From assembly GCA_002269645.1 (NCBI GenBank), contig NIVC01000001.1, positions 2,232,001 to 2,296,000 of the forward strand: a DNA stretch of 64,000 bases, in the 5' to 3' direction. Position numbers and translations under genes: made by a program. Every line of letters starts with the position of its first letter. The first letter of the stretch is position 1. This DNA comes from Macrostomum lignano. Lineage: Eukaryota. Positions 1-17,216 of this stretch are shown here, in pieces. Under the pieces are notes generated by a model that was not told the DNA's origin, did not search any database, and saw only the letters and a program-made list of their open reading frames with translations.

Positions 1-65
1 TGCCAAAATCAATATAATTCCTCGAGTGCCAAAATCAATGTAATTCCTCGAGTGCCAAAATCAAT
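1..65. repeat. 26-bp tandem repeat (about 2.5 copies, truncated by window edge)
   Basis: TGCCAAAATCAATRTAATTCCTCGAG repeated. Confidence 0.8.
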
Positions 66-827
66 ATCAACGATGCGCCCTAATAATAAAATCAGTTTTA
101 TAACAATGACGAAATCCTCCAGAAAGAGCGTCTTCTTCTAGAAATAACGGAATCGGAGTCGTGTGCTTCTATCAGTTACTCTAGGGTAACAAAATCAATC
201 AAATCAATAATCCTCTAAGAGTATCAGAATCGGTCCGCAGATCCTATCCAATCCCTTAGGAAAATGGGAGGCCTCAAATTCAATGAACTCAGTTAAATCA
301 ACTGATCTGTAACGGCCGGCAATAAAATCGCTTTCAGTAATCCAAACAACAAAGGCTCGAACAAAGGCCCACCAATTGGTTTACTTCTCCCTCAGAGATG
401 TAGCCTCGAGTAGCTTCTGCAGTAAGCTCAAGATGTTTTGAGGCTGCTCCGAGTCTGAGATTTCAGCTCGGATTTTTCGTTTGTATTTATACACAATTTG
501 TCGGCCTTGAGTCGACCTTGAGCTCAAAACCGGTTTTTTGATGAGTTTACGAAAGAAATCTTTTATTTGACAGGTGGGGTTTTTGAATAGAAAAGGGTGA
601 GATTTGGGTGAAAAGGGTGAAAGGGTGACATTTACCATATTTGGAAGTTCTAAAAATAGATGTCGAGAACCGGTTTTTCGGACAATAGCATAGACACTCG
701 CTGTTTGCGTGATATTACTGGTATTACTAAAAATATAGTATGACGCACAGCTATTTTTAAATTTGTATTCATAGTTTTATCTTACTACTTTTAGTAGGCT
801 ACCATGTTTGGAGATCTCTACAAGAGT

Positions 828-1411
828 GGGAAAGGGCGGGAGAGGGCGGGAGAGAGCGGGAGAGAGCGGGAGAGAGCGGGAGAGAGCGGGAGAGAGCGGG
901 AGAGAGCGGGAGAGAGCGGGAGAGAGCGGGAGAGAGCGGGAGAGAGCGGGAGAGGGCGGGAGAGAGAGGGATAGAGCGGGAGAGAGCGGGAGAGAGCGGG
1001 AGAGAGCGGGAGAGAGAGAGGGAGAGAGCGGGAGAGAGAGAGGGAGAGAGCGGGAGAGAGCGGGAGAGGGCGGGAGAGAGCGGGAGAGAGCGGGAGAGAG
1101 AGAGGGAGAGAGCGGGAGAGAGAGAGGGAGAGAGCGAGAGAGAGCGGGAGAGGGCGGGAGAGAGCGGGAGAGAGCGGGAGAGAGAGAGGGAGAGAGCGGG
1201 AGAGAGAGAGGGAGAGAGCGGAAGAGGGCGGGAGAGAGTGAAGAGTTTGATCGGGTGGTGATCAGTCGCCCGGAAGAGAGGCCGGGAGAGGGCGGGAGAG
1301 GACGGGAGAGAGCGGGAGAGGGCGGGAGAGGCCGGGAGAGGCCGGGAGAGGGCGGGAGAGGACGGGAGAGGCCGGGAGAGGGCGGGAGAGGCCGGGAGAG
1401 GCCGGGAGAGG
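828..1411. repeat. GA-rich 10-bp satellite (GGGAGAGAGC)n
   Basis: Direct reading; source of ORFs 777-1575. Confidence 0.95.
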
Positions 1412-2007
1412 TCAGGCCTAAATCCATGAAGCCAGAATCGGAACCAAGAACGGGGGGTCACAGAAACGGCGCAGTTTGGCAGTCCAAACTTGCAGGCAGG
1501 AAGGGTGGAACTGTTTGCAGTGGATTGAAAATAGAACATACAACGTTGAACCTCTGCATTCTCTGTGCCTCCTAAATTTCTTTTCTCGCCAACGCGTCTA
1601 TCGGCAGATTTTTCAGGCCTGTTGCCTCATTTAAACAAAGAAGATCTGAGGACAGGAAGAGGTAAACCGAAGCTTGTGAGGGGTGGGGGGTGTCCTCGCG
1701 CAGCGGGATTATAGTCGAGTGAGGGGATTTCTAAGCGAGACTGGCAGAGAAACAGCTACGGAGAGGAGTAAGGCAGCGACACCAGCGGGCGTAGCTCTTG
1801 GGGATTGCGAATTTCGTACTTTCGGATCCGGAGAGGAAAATGCAAGCTCGCGCGGGTCATTCGGATCTGGAGGGGGAGAGGGGATCCTCATTGGCTGTCC
1901 GCGTCAGTTTGTTCCCGGCAAGGCGCAGGATAAAACTTCTGGTTCCTGGAAACTAGTCAGGAAGTGATTTCGGGCGACATCCTGCACAACCGACTGTCTG
2001 CCATTCG

Positions 2008-6204
<4,197 letters not shown>

Positions 6205-6327
6205 ATTTTTCGGATGAAAATGCTGATTTGTTATTGCTGTTACTGGCAGCAGCTATTGAACAATTTGCTTTCTTGTTCGTCTGAGGTTCAACAATAAATA
6301 AATTGACACAAAATACACTGCGCTTAT

Positions 6328-6445
6328 GGGGGCGGAGCAGCTCAGCGGTGAACGCGTCCGACTCTCGCGCCGCGACCCCTGAGTTCGATTCCGCGCGCTT
6401 CCGCATTTCTTTGGGGCTCATAGTAATAGTCATAGTAATAATAAA
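6328..6445 (+). mobile_element. tRNA-derived SINE-like element or tRNA(Glu-CTC)-like pseudogene
   Basis: A-box-like AGCTCAGCGG, CTCTC anticodon-like loop, B-box GAGTTCGATTCC (6381-6392), imperfect acceptor stem, (TAG/TAA)-rich tail; T-arm pairs poorly. Confidence 0.5.
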
Positions 6446-6585
6446 AGTTGTATAATACAGTTATAATTTACATGTACACGAGCCTGGAAAAAATGTTCTA
6501 ATTCACACACGCAATGCAGACTACTTAGTTTATCAAGCGTAAGTAGAGTAGTGTACATATTTTGTTCTATTGTTCTATTGTTCTA

Positions 6586-7763
6586 GTGTGCTAGTGACTA
6601 GTGTTCTAGTGTCTCAGTGTCCCAGTGTCCCAGTGTCCCAGTGTCCTAGTGTCCCAGTGCCCTAGTGTCCCAGTGTCCCAGTGTCCTAGTGTCCTAGTGT
6701 CCCAGTGTCCCAGTGTCCCAGTGTCCCAGTGTCCTAGTGTCCCAGTGTCCCAGTGTCCTAGTGTCCCAGTGTCCCAGTGTCCTAGTGTCCCAGTGTCCCA
6801 GTGTCCTAGTGTCCCAGTGTCCCAGTGTCCTAGTGTCCCAGTGTCCCAGTGTCCCAGTGTCCTAGTGTCCCAGTGTCCTAGTGTCCCAGTGTCCTAGTGT
6901 CCCAGTGTCCTAGTGTCCCAGTGTTCTAGTGTCCCAGTGTCCTAGTGTCCTAGTGTCCCAGTGTCCTAGTGCCCTAGTGTCCCAGTGTCCCAGTGTCCTA
7001 GTGTCCCAGTGTCCTAGTGTCCCAGTGTCCTAGTGTCCTAGTGTCCCAGTGTCCCAGTGTCCCAGTGTCCTAGTGTCCCAGTGTCCTAGTGTCCCAGTGT
7101 CCTAGTGTCCCAGTGTCCCAGTGCCCTAGTGTCCCAGTGTCCTAGTGTCCCAGTGTCCTAGTGCCCTAGTGTCCCAGTGCCCTAGCGTCCCAGTGTCCTA
7201 GTGTCCTAGTGTCCTAGTGTCCTAGTGTCCTAGTGTCCCTGTGTCCTAGTGTCCCAGTGTCCCAGTGTCCCAGTGTCCTAGTGTCCCAGTGTCCCAGTGC
7301 CCTAGTGTCCCAGTGTCCTAGTGTCCCAGTGTCCCAGTGCCCTAGTGTCCCAGTGCCCTAGCGTCCCAGTGTCCTAGTGTCCTAGTGTCCTAGTGTCCTA
7401 GTGTCCCTGTGTCCTAGTGTCCCAGTGCCTATAGTGTCCTAGTGTCCCAGTGTCCTAGTGACCTAGTGTCCCAGTGCCCTAGTGTCCTAGTGTTCTAGTG
7501 TCCTATTGTCCTAGTGTCCCAGTGTCCTAGTGTCCTAGTGTCCCAGTGTCCTATTGTCCTAGTGTTCTAGTGTCCCAGTGTCCTAGTGTCCTAGTGTCCC
7601 AGTGTCCTATTGTCCTAGTGTCCCAGTGTCCTAGTGTCCTAGTGTCCCAGTGTCCTATTGTCCTAGTGTCCTAGTGTCCTAGTGTCCTAGTGTCCTAGTG
7701 TCCCAGTGTCCTAGTGTCCCAGTGTCCTATTGTCCTAGTGTCCTAGTGTCCCAGTGTTCTAGT
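6586..7763. repeat. 8-bp satellite (YAGTGTCC)n; degenerate copy at about 10497-10675
   Basis: Direct reading. Confidence 0.95.
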
Positions 7764-8069
7764 CCGTGAACATTTCCTAAAAAGGCTGGCACTGCAGGCA
7801 AGACTGAGCAGCAGAGAGCTGAAAATGCCTGTCAGTGACAGAGAATACCAATACACTGAGTCGAATTTACGAATTTACAATAGCATTGTTCTGTGAATAA
7901 ACAGTCCCCACCCCTACCAGCGATTTCTGCATTGCCTATGGCAGTGAAGCCATGCGTTAGGTGAAAAATACTGACTACCCAGACCTGCCTGCTCAGGCCT
8001 TGCAGTGACTGAGAAAGGCTTTAAAATCTATTTGATTGAATGCCTGCAATTGCCATCTGCTTCAAATCC

Positions 8070-9300
8070 CTAATCAACAATAATCAACAATAATCAACAA
8101 TAATCAACAATTATCAACAATAATCAAACAATAAGCAACAATAAGCAACAATAATCAACAATAATCAAACAATAAGCAACAATAATCAACAATAATCAAC
8201 AATAATCAACAATAATCAACAATAATCAACAATAATCAAACAATAAGCAACAATAATCAACAATAATCAAACAATAATCAACAATAATCAAACAATAAGC
8301 AACAATAATCAACAATAATCAACAATAATCAAACAATAAGCAACAATAATCAACAATAATCAACAATAATCAACAATAATCAACAATAATCAAACAATAA
8401 GCAACAATAATCAACAATAATCAAACAATAATCAACAATAATCAAACAATAAGCAACAATAATCAACAATAATCAACAATAATCAACAATAATCAAACAA
8501 TAAGCAACAATAATCAACAATAATCAACAATTATCAACAATTATCAACCATAATCAACAATAATCAAACAATAATCAACAATTATCAACAATAACCAACA
8601 ATTATCAACCATAATCAACAATAATCAAACAATAATCAACAATTATCAACAATTATCAACAATAATCAAACAATAAGCAACAATAATCAACAATAATCAA
8701 ACAATAATCAACAATAATCAACAATAATCAACAATTATCAACAATAATCAAACAATAAGCAACAATAATCAACAATAATCAACAATAATCAACAATTATC
8801 AACAATAATCAAACAATAATCAACAATAATCAAACAATAATCAAACAATAATCAACAATAATCAACAATAATCAAACAATAAGCAACAATAATCAACAAT
8901 AATCAACAATAATCAACAATAATCAAACAATAAGCAACAATAATCAACAATAATCAACAATAATCAAACAATAAGCAACAATAATCAACAATAATCAACA
9001 ATAATCAACAATTATCAACCATAATCAACAATAATCAAACAATAATCAACAATAATCAACAATTATCAACAATAATCAACAATTATCAACCATAATCAAC
9101 AATAATCAAACAATAATCAACAATAATCAACAATTATCAACAATAATCAAACAATAAGCAACAATAATCAACAATAATCAAACAATAATCAACAATAATC
9201 AACAATTATCAACAATAATCAAACAATAAGCAACAATAATCAACAATAATCAAACAATAATCAATCAACAATAATCAAACAATAATAAACAATAATCAAC
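8070..9300. repeat. 10/11-bp satellite (CAACAATAAT)n
   Basis: Direct reading; followed by a short 12-bp (TACAGTAATCCC)n array at about 9385-9490. Confidence 0.95.
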
Positions 9301-9944
9301 TCCATTTACAGCTTTTATATCAGCATCCCTGGCGAAAAAAATAACTATCTGTAGTTTTTTCAGAAAATGCTACAGTATCTTTTCTTCAGTAATCCCTACA
9401 GTAATCCCTACAGTAATCACTACAGTAATCCCTACAGTAATCCCTACAGTAATCCCTACAGTAGTCCCCACAGAATCCCCTACAGCATCCCTTCAGCCTT
9501 CAGCATTAACCTTACAGCAGAAGGCTAAAAAAACTCGGACATGGAGTGCTCACCCTAAACACAGTAGTCAGCTGTCGTCCAAAGGTCAGTCATAAGTTCG
9601 GTCAGGAGAACGAAAAACCTTTTACATCAGTCGAATACTCGTAGAATATTTGGCGCCTGACTCTGACAAGAAGTCAGACTCTGATTGTCAGATGAAAATA
9701 GACGTTATGCTCATTAATGAGACGGTGTCTCAAAGATAAAAATCTGTCAGACATGACTGGGTCAAGTGCGTGGGTGAGGCTTAGCTAGAACTTCATCAAT
9801 TATGGTTAGAGATGCTGCTGCACAGATAAGGAGAATGGATAACTAAGCCTGATTATGTTACTGATAAATTAGGTGCGAAATGTGTCTCTAAGTTGTCTCT
9901 GATCTAATTACTAAATTCTGAACTCAAGTACAGAAGACCATGTA

Positions 9945-10435
9945 GTCTAACAGGTAACTATCCTATCTAACAGGTAATTATCCTATCTAACAGGTAACTA
10001 TCCTGCCTAACAGGTAACTGTTCTGTCTAACAGGTAACTATCCTTTCTAACAGGTAGCTGTCCTATCAAACCGCTAACTATCCTATCTAACAGGTAACTG
10101 TCCTGTCTAACAGGTTACTGTTCTATCTAACAGGTAACTGTCCTGTCTAACAGGTGAATGTCCTATCTAACAGTGACTGTCCTGTCTAACAGGTAACTCT
10201 CCTGTCTAACAGGTGAATGTCCTATCTAACAGTGACTGTCCTTTCTAACAGGTAACTCTCCTGTCTAACAGGTGACTCTCCTACCGGTATCTAACAGGTG
10301 ACTGCCCTGTCTAACAGTGACTGTCCTATTGAACAGGTGACTGTCCATCTAACAGTGACTGTCCTATATAACAGGTGCTTTGCCTGTCTAACGAAAGACC
10401 CAGTAGATTAACAGGTGACTCCCACGTCTAACAGG
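9945..10435. repeat. 20-bp minisatellite (CTAACAGGTAACTRTCCTRT)n sharing the CCTGTCTAACAG core with the 2252-4150 array
   Basis: Direct reading. Confidence 0.9.
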
Positions 10436-10968
10436 ATACATCATACAATAAATACATCCTGACATCAATAAGCCTAACAAGATGGTCAGATGAAGACTGT
10501 TCTAGTGTCCTAGTGTCCTTGTGTCTTATTTTACTTGTGTCCTAGTTTACTAATGTCCTATAGTGTCCTATTGCTTTAGTATCCTATTGTCCTAGCGTTC
10601 TAGTGTCCCAGTGTCTAAGTGCCTTAGTTTACTAGTGTCTTACTGTCCTACGAGTTTAGTAGCTCATAGTGTCCTGGTGTCCAAAGAATCAGGGGCTCTT
10701 CGGTGAGCAGTTGATGAGTCAGTTGAACTCCGCATTTGTCGTTTGCACAGAGAATGAGTCAAGTAATCAACCAGTTCCGATGAAAAGCTCCGTCAATCCT
10801 CCATCACTGCCCAGACGTGATTGGCTGGCGCAATCTTCTCAGCCAGTATATCTCAAGCCAGTCCCCCAGATCCCGCCAAACTCTCAATCCTCAGTCCCAG
10901 AACTACCCAGACCAGCTTGCCCGTGAAGCTCGCAACAGCTACTGCAGACAGACCGGATCAAACAGATC

Positions 10969-12823
10969 ATGTCCTGCGAGTCTAGCTTGACAGAGACAGC
11001 TATTAGCGACAACAGCAGCAGCGCTGAAGGTGTCCTCGACGGCGGGGGCTGCGCTAACAACCAGACGGAGCTCCTGATCAGCCAGCCGTGGCTGTTCGTC
11101 CCCAAGCAGCTGGACCCGCTGGTCTGCCTTGGCGACCCGCAGTTCTGCACCGCTGCCAGCGCTCGAAACTGCCGAGTTGCAAAAACTCTGCTGCCATTCT
11201 CTGCCACCTTCGGCGCTCTCAACGCGCTCAGCGTCCTCCTCAACTCGCTGTCCTTCGCCGTGTTCCGGCGCCAACAGGAGCGACGCAACAGCGCCGGCGG
11301 AGGCCGCCTTCAGAAGACGGTTGTGCACCTGTTGAAGGTGCTCTCACTGCTGGAGATTGTTTTCCACGCCTTTTTCTTGCTTTACCACGCGATGGAGTAC
11401 TCGGCGTTCACCGGCCGGCTGTCCTCGGCCAGCCTGCTCGGCGGCATCGCCCTGTGCTCGCTGGTGAACGTCCTCATCGTGCTGCAGACGGCCGCCCACA
11501 TCGGACGCAACTGGATGGTGGTGACGATCTCCGCCCTGCGCTACGAGGCCGTCTGCCGGGCAATGCAGCCGCCGGAGCGCAGGCTGTTCAGCAGAGCCGG
11601 GCGGGTGCGCGCCTTGCTGTCGGTTGTCATGACAACGGCTTTGATTGTTTCGCTGCCGAGATTGTTCTACTTCAGCTGCGTGCTGTGCCAGCGAGACGAG
11701 GGTGGCTTCAGTCTGGACTCGTTGAACAGTCGGCTGGGCCGGGACGCCTCCGTGCACTTCAACAACGCCTACAACATTGCTGGACTGCTGCTGTTCCAGA
11801 CCGGAGGCCCCATTGCCGCTGTCTGCTGCTTCAGCGTCTGCATCCTGACCGGGCTTCATCGGCGCCGGCGAGAGAAGCAGCGACTGCTCACTGGCAAGCG
11901 GATGAAAGCGGCAGCGGCGAGTGAGCAGATGTGAGTCCTGGGGTGGGCATTTCCAGCGGGGTGGACAAGATACTTCCGATAGGGTGGACAAGATACTTCC
12001 GGTGGGGTGGAAATCATACCTACGGTGTCGTGGACATGATACTTCCGGTGGCGTGGACATGATACTTCCGGTGGGGTGGACAAGATACTTCCGGTGGGGT
12101 GGACAAGAGACTTCCGGTAGGGTGGAAATGATACTTCCGGTGGGGTGGAAATCATACCTACGGTGTCGTGGACATGATACTTCCGGTGGCGTGGACATGA
12201 TACTTCCGGTGGGGTGGACAAGATACTTCCGGTGGGGTGGACAAGAGACTTCCGGTAGGGTGGAAATGATACTTCCAGTGAGGTGGACAAGGTACTTCCA
12301 GTGAGATAAATATGAGAATTTTGGTGGGGTGGACATGATACTTTTGGTGGGTCGGCAATGATACTACCGACGAGGTGGACAAGAAACTTCCGTTGGGTGG
12401 AATTTGATTTTGGACTGTTTTTCCTATAAAAATGCACTATTTGCTTTTCAATCCTTCCTAAACAGCGTTGACGGTATGCAGCCGCTTCAGCAGAAACAGC
12501 AGCAACCGCCGCCGAAATCCGGATCCCGGTCGTCCCGAACCAACTTGCTCGTGATTGTGCTCTGCGCCGCCTTCCTCGTACTGGAGAGTCCGCTTCTATT
12601 GAGCAAGGTGCTCGACGGTCGCGTCCTGAACGGTCAGCTGGACGCGCTGATCGTCGGCCTGTCCAAGTTTGGCACTCTGCTGGACAGCTGCTTGAACATC
12701 CTCATCTACTGTTTGGGCAACCGGCAGTTCCGGTGGGACCTCTGCCGCCTGTTGCGCCTGCGGAGGGAAACGCCCAGCACAATGCAGGGTCAACAGCGCG
12801 CTGACAACCAAACTGAGAATTAG
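10969..12823 (+). CDS. Class A (rhodopsin-like) GPCR, peptide/FMRFamide-receptor-like orphan, about 439 aa; exons 10969-11930, 12466-12823
   Basis: Seven hydrophobic segments across two ORFs; TM3 RNWMVVTISALRYEAVC, TM6 FLVLESP, TM7 LDSCLNILIY. GTGAGT donor 11931 and AACAG acceptor 12464-12465 are both phase 2. Confidence 0.85.
11950..12405. repeat. 23-bp minisatellite with a 138-bp higher-order period, in the GPCR intron
   Basis: GATACTTCCGGTGGGGTGGACAA variants. Confidence 0.9.
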
Positions 12824-12919
12824 TTTTGAACGGCGAATTCTTAGAGTTAAAGACAAAAGTTTTGACTAGCACATATGCGATACAAGATTTGGTTAGTAGT
12901 TGTTACGTCGCACAAATCC

Positions 12920-13672
12920 CATAGTGACGCCCACCACCCCATTTTCATACCCGCACATTAGCTAGTGACGCCCACCACCCCATTTTCACACCCGCACATT
13001 AGCTAGTGACGCCCACCACCCCATTTTCACACCCGCACATTAGCTAGTGACGCCCACCGACCCATTTTCACACCCGCACATTAGCTAGTGACGCCCACCG
13101 ACCCATTTTCACACCCGCACATTGGCTAGTGACGCCCACCACCCCATTTTCACACCCGCACATTAGCTAGTGACGCCCACCGACCCATTTTCACACCCGC
13201 ACATTGGCTAGTGACGCCCACCGACCCATTTTCACACCCGCACATTGGCTAGTGACGCACACAACCCCATATCCACTGCCGCACATTAGCTAGTGACGCC
13301 CACAACCCCAATCCACTGCCGCACATTAGCTAGTGACGCCCACAACCCCATATCCACTGCCGCACATTAGCTAGTGACGCCCACAACCCCATATCCACAG
13401 CCGCACATTAGCTAGTGACGCCGACAACCCCATATCCACAGCCGCACATTAGCTAGTGACGCCGACAACCCCATATCCACAGCCGCACATTAGCTAGTGA
13501 CGCCGACAACCCCATATCCACAGCCGCACATTAGCTAGCGACGCCGACAACCCCATATCCACTGCCGCACATTGGCTAGTGACGCCCACAACCACATATC
13601 CAATGCCGCACATTGGCTAGTGACGCCCACAACCACATATCCAATGCCGCACATTAGCTAGTGACGCCCACC
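12920..13672. repeat. 41-bp minisatellite (about 18 copies) with blockwise variants
   Basis: TTAGCTAGTGACGCCCACCACCCCATTTTCACACCCGCACA and derivatives. Confidence 0.95.
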
Positions 13673-14489
13673 ACTTCATTTAACGGCAGGTACTTTGCAG
13701 CTGCAAACTAGTTAGCATCCTTCACCAAACAGCGCTATTCAACCCCATTTCTCAGCTAGTTGAAATTTGCAACGCATGCTTATTCGACTCCGAAATTTAT
13801 GACTTGATTGACAGCAACAGCACAAATCCTACATCCGACATCCTACTATATGAGCTGCCTGAGTGCTACACTACATTTATAAGATAAAAACTGATTAAAG
13901 ACTAATCTTCGACTCCATCACGGTCGCGCAAATACTGTAATACGCCCTTATCTTTTCGTCATTAAAACTGAAACTTCAGCGCGAACTAAACAGGCATTAT
14001 GAGTATAAATCCATTTTAAGAGGGCGCAGTGGGAGCGAAAAGCATGACCAAATTTGCATCAAGTCCGGCCCAGATTTTCCCTAACTAAGCCAGCGCTTTG
14101 GTACGCGGATTCCAAATCAATGCGCAAGTTTGGCTGCAGAGTGAACTTAACGAAAAATAAAAATAGACGATAATTCATCCTGCATTAGCAGCAGCAGACC
14201 TACTCTTGCTTATTAAGCTTCTTATTGAGATCAGGAATGAGACGCATTGGCTAAATGCAATGCCAAAGGAATCCTTCAAAGTGCACGGCGGATCAACTTC
14301 GGCTTGCGAGCCGGAGCCTGGCATTTATGAAGAAGCAGCGAGGTGCAACTCGCGGTAGAAGCAGTGAGCTCGAGCGATTCCATCAATCACCAGACCGGAT
14401 CAGAGTAGCCCTGATGGAGCAGGTCATAAATTACTGTTGAGATGAGTAGCTAATGGGCCACTTAGCTGCTTTCGATCAAGGATACATAG

Positions 14490-14985
<496 letters not shown>

Positions 14986-15829
14986 CAATGCAGAGAGCTA
15001 ACACGTCAGAGGGTTGGCGCAGTTTTAGCTTTTGAAAAGGGCAGACAATATTTCAACACACCTAAAGCTGATCAGAGTGTCAGGGGCAATAAACAAGGCC
15101 CTATTCATGGCAATAAAAATGCCAATGGTAGTTATTAGCCTTTTTTGTCGCACCTAGCAAAGCCAGTTTAGAGCCGCTTTTATTATAAATTGAGTACCCC
15201 GACGGAGCAGCTAATTGATGCACGATAAGCCCAAGGTACTGGTTTGTGTATTATTTTTCATATTTTTAGCTTTTGGAGTGTAAATTGAAAGCTGTGCTCC
15301 TGTAGCTGGGACTGCGTTAGCTGGAAGCTGTGCACCTGTAGCTGGGACTGTGTTAGCTGGAAGCTGTGCACCTGTAGCTGGAGGCCTCTTAGAGCTGTCT
15401 CCAGCAGAGTACAGTCGTTTGGATCGCAGTGAAACAGAAAAAAACGCACACACAAGCAAAGCATTTGCTGTTTTTCATAATAAAAAAACATGTTTTTGAA
15501 CTCATAATTTGAACAAGAAAATTAAATCACTAAATTGATGAAACATATTTGATTAAAGACGGCAGCTAGCTGCTTTAAAAAATTTATTTCTGGAAAATGT
15601 TTACACGGTTTTAAAGCGAAACGGATGTTGTTCCCGAATAACAGTTGAATCCCAAATGCGATTATTGCCTTTCAACTTGATGAGTTCAGGTGTTCATGGT
15701 TTTAATATCGAACATAGATATTGTAGGGGGGGGGGAAGGGCTAGGGAGATTACGGGGGAGTGAGTACCGTGCTGCAACGAGTAACGAGTAACATGAGTAA
15801 CGAGCGTGCAAACTAAGAGCAGAATAGGA

Positions 15830-16195
15830 TGAGTATACACGGGGTAGAGTGGAGTCTGTGTTCATTGGGGGTAGGACTAGGCGCGAGTGTACACTTAGGG
15901 TAGAGTGAGTCTGTGTACATTGGGGTTAGGACGGGGGTGAGTGTACACTGGGGTAGAGTGAGTCTGTGTACATTGGAGGTAGGACGAGGCGCGAGTGTAC
16001 ACTAGGGTAGAGTGAGTCTGTGTACATTGGAGGTAGGACGAGGCGCAAGTGTACACTAGGGTAGAGTGAAGTCTGTGTAATTGGGGGGTAGGACGGGGAG
16101 TGCGTGTAAACTGGGGAAGAGTGGGGTTTATGTGCATGAGGAGGGGGACGGGCGCGAGTGTACACTGGGGAAGAGTGGGGTCAGTGTACATTGGG
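15830..16195. repeat. 54-bp minisatellite (about 7 copies)
   Basis: GTGTACAC recurs at 15887, 15941, 15995, 16049. Confidence 0.85.
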
Positions 16196-16567
16196 AATAG
16201 TGGCCAGTTTGAGGCCTGTTCTGTAGCGTAACTTTAAGTGTTATTCACAAACAAAGAAGAGTTAAAAATAGACAACTGAAGATAAACGTCACAAATTGAA
16301 TAGATGTCAGATGTCAGACATGTCAGATCAGCATAAATGAAATCATTGATGAAAAAGAAAAAATATAAGCAGAAAAGGGACAGCCTAATAATATAGCTCT
16401 CATTTAACCAAGTAAAATAACTACGCTCGTAGCATTTTTTGAGTGCTATTGTGCTGCTTTTATTCATGTTTCAACAGCTAATTTCAGTTCGGAATTTCAA
16501 ACAAAACCTTAATTATATTATATGACATCATTTAAAAGATGATAGCAGGATGCCCTTGGAAAATGTC

Positions 16568-17178
16568 CCTCCAGCGACACCCCTGATAACCCTCCAGCGA
16601 CACCCCTGATAACCATCCAGCGACACCCCTGATAACCATCCAGCGACACCCCTGATAACCATCCAGCGACACCCCTGATAACACTCCAGCAACACCCCTG
16701 ATAACCCTCCAGCGACACCCCTGATAACCCTCCAGCGACACCCTTGATAATCCTCCAGCGACATCCCTGATAACCCTCCAGCGACACCCCTGATAACCCT
16801 CCAGCAACACCCCTGATAACCCTCCAGCGACACCCCTGATAACCCTCCAGCGACACCCCTGATAACCCTCCAGCGACACCTCTGATAACCCTCCAGCGAC
16901 ACCCCTGATAACCCTCCAGCGACACCCCTGATAACCCTCCAGCGACACCCCTGATAACCCTCCAGCGACACCCCTGATAACCCTCCAGCGACACCCCTGA
17001 TAACCCTCCAGCGACACCCCTGATAACCATCCAGCGACACCCCTGATAACCATCCAGCGACACCCCTGATAACCCTCCAGCGACACCCCTGATAACCCTC
17101 CAGCGACACCCCTGATAACCCTCCAGCGACACCCCTGATAACCCTCCAGCGACACCCCTGACAACCCTCCAGCGACCT
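16568..17178. repeat. 23-bp minisatellite (ATAACCCTCCAGCGACACCCCTG)n just 3' of PPCS
   Basis: Direct reading; source of ORFs 16518-17241. Confidence 0.95.
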
Positions 17179-17216
17179 CCTGCAAAAGCCCAAATAGACG
17201 CAGTGAAACAGAAAAA

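Noticed and set aside
777-1575. Long ORFs (216-255 aa) on both strands
   Set aside because: They are translations of the (GGGAGAGAGC)n satellite.
14018-14125. tRNA-like A-box (GGCGCAGTGGGAGCG)
   Set aside because: No cloverleaf and no properly spaced B-box.
15425-17216. 18-bp direct repeat CGCAGTGAAACAGAAAAA at 15425 and 17199 as a TSD
   Set aside because: The enclosed 1.8 kb has no TE hallmarks.
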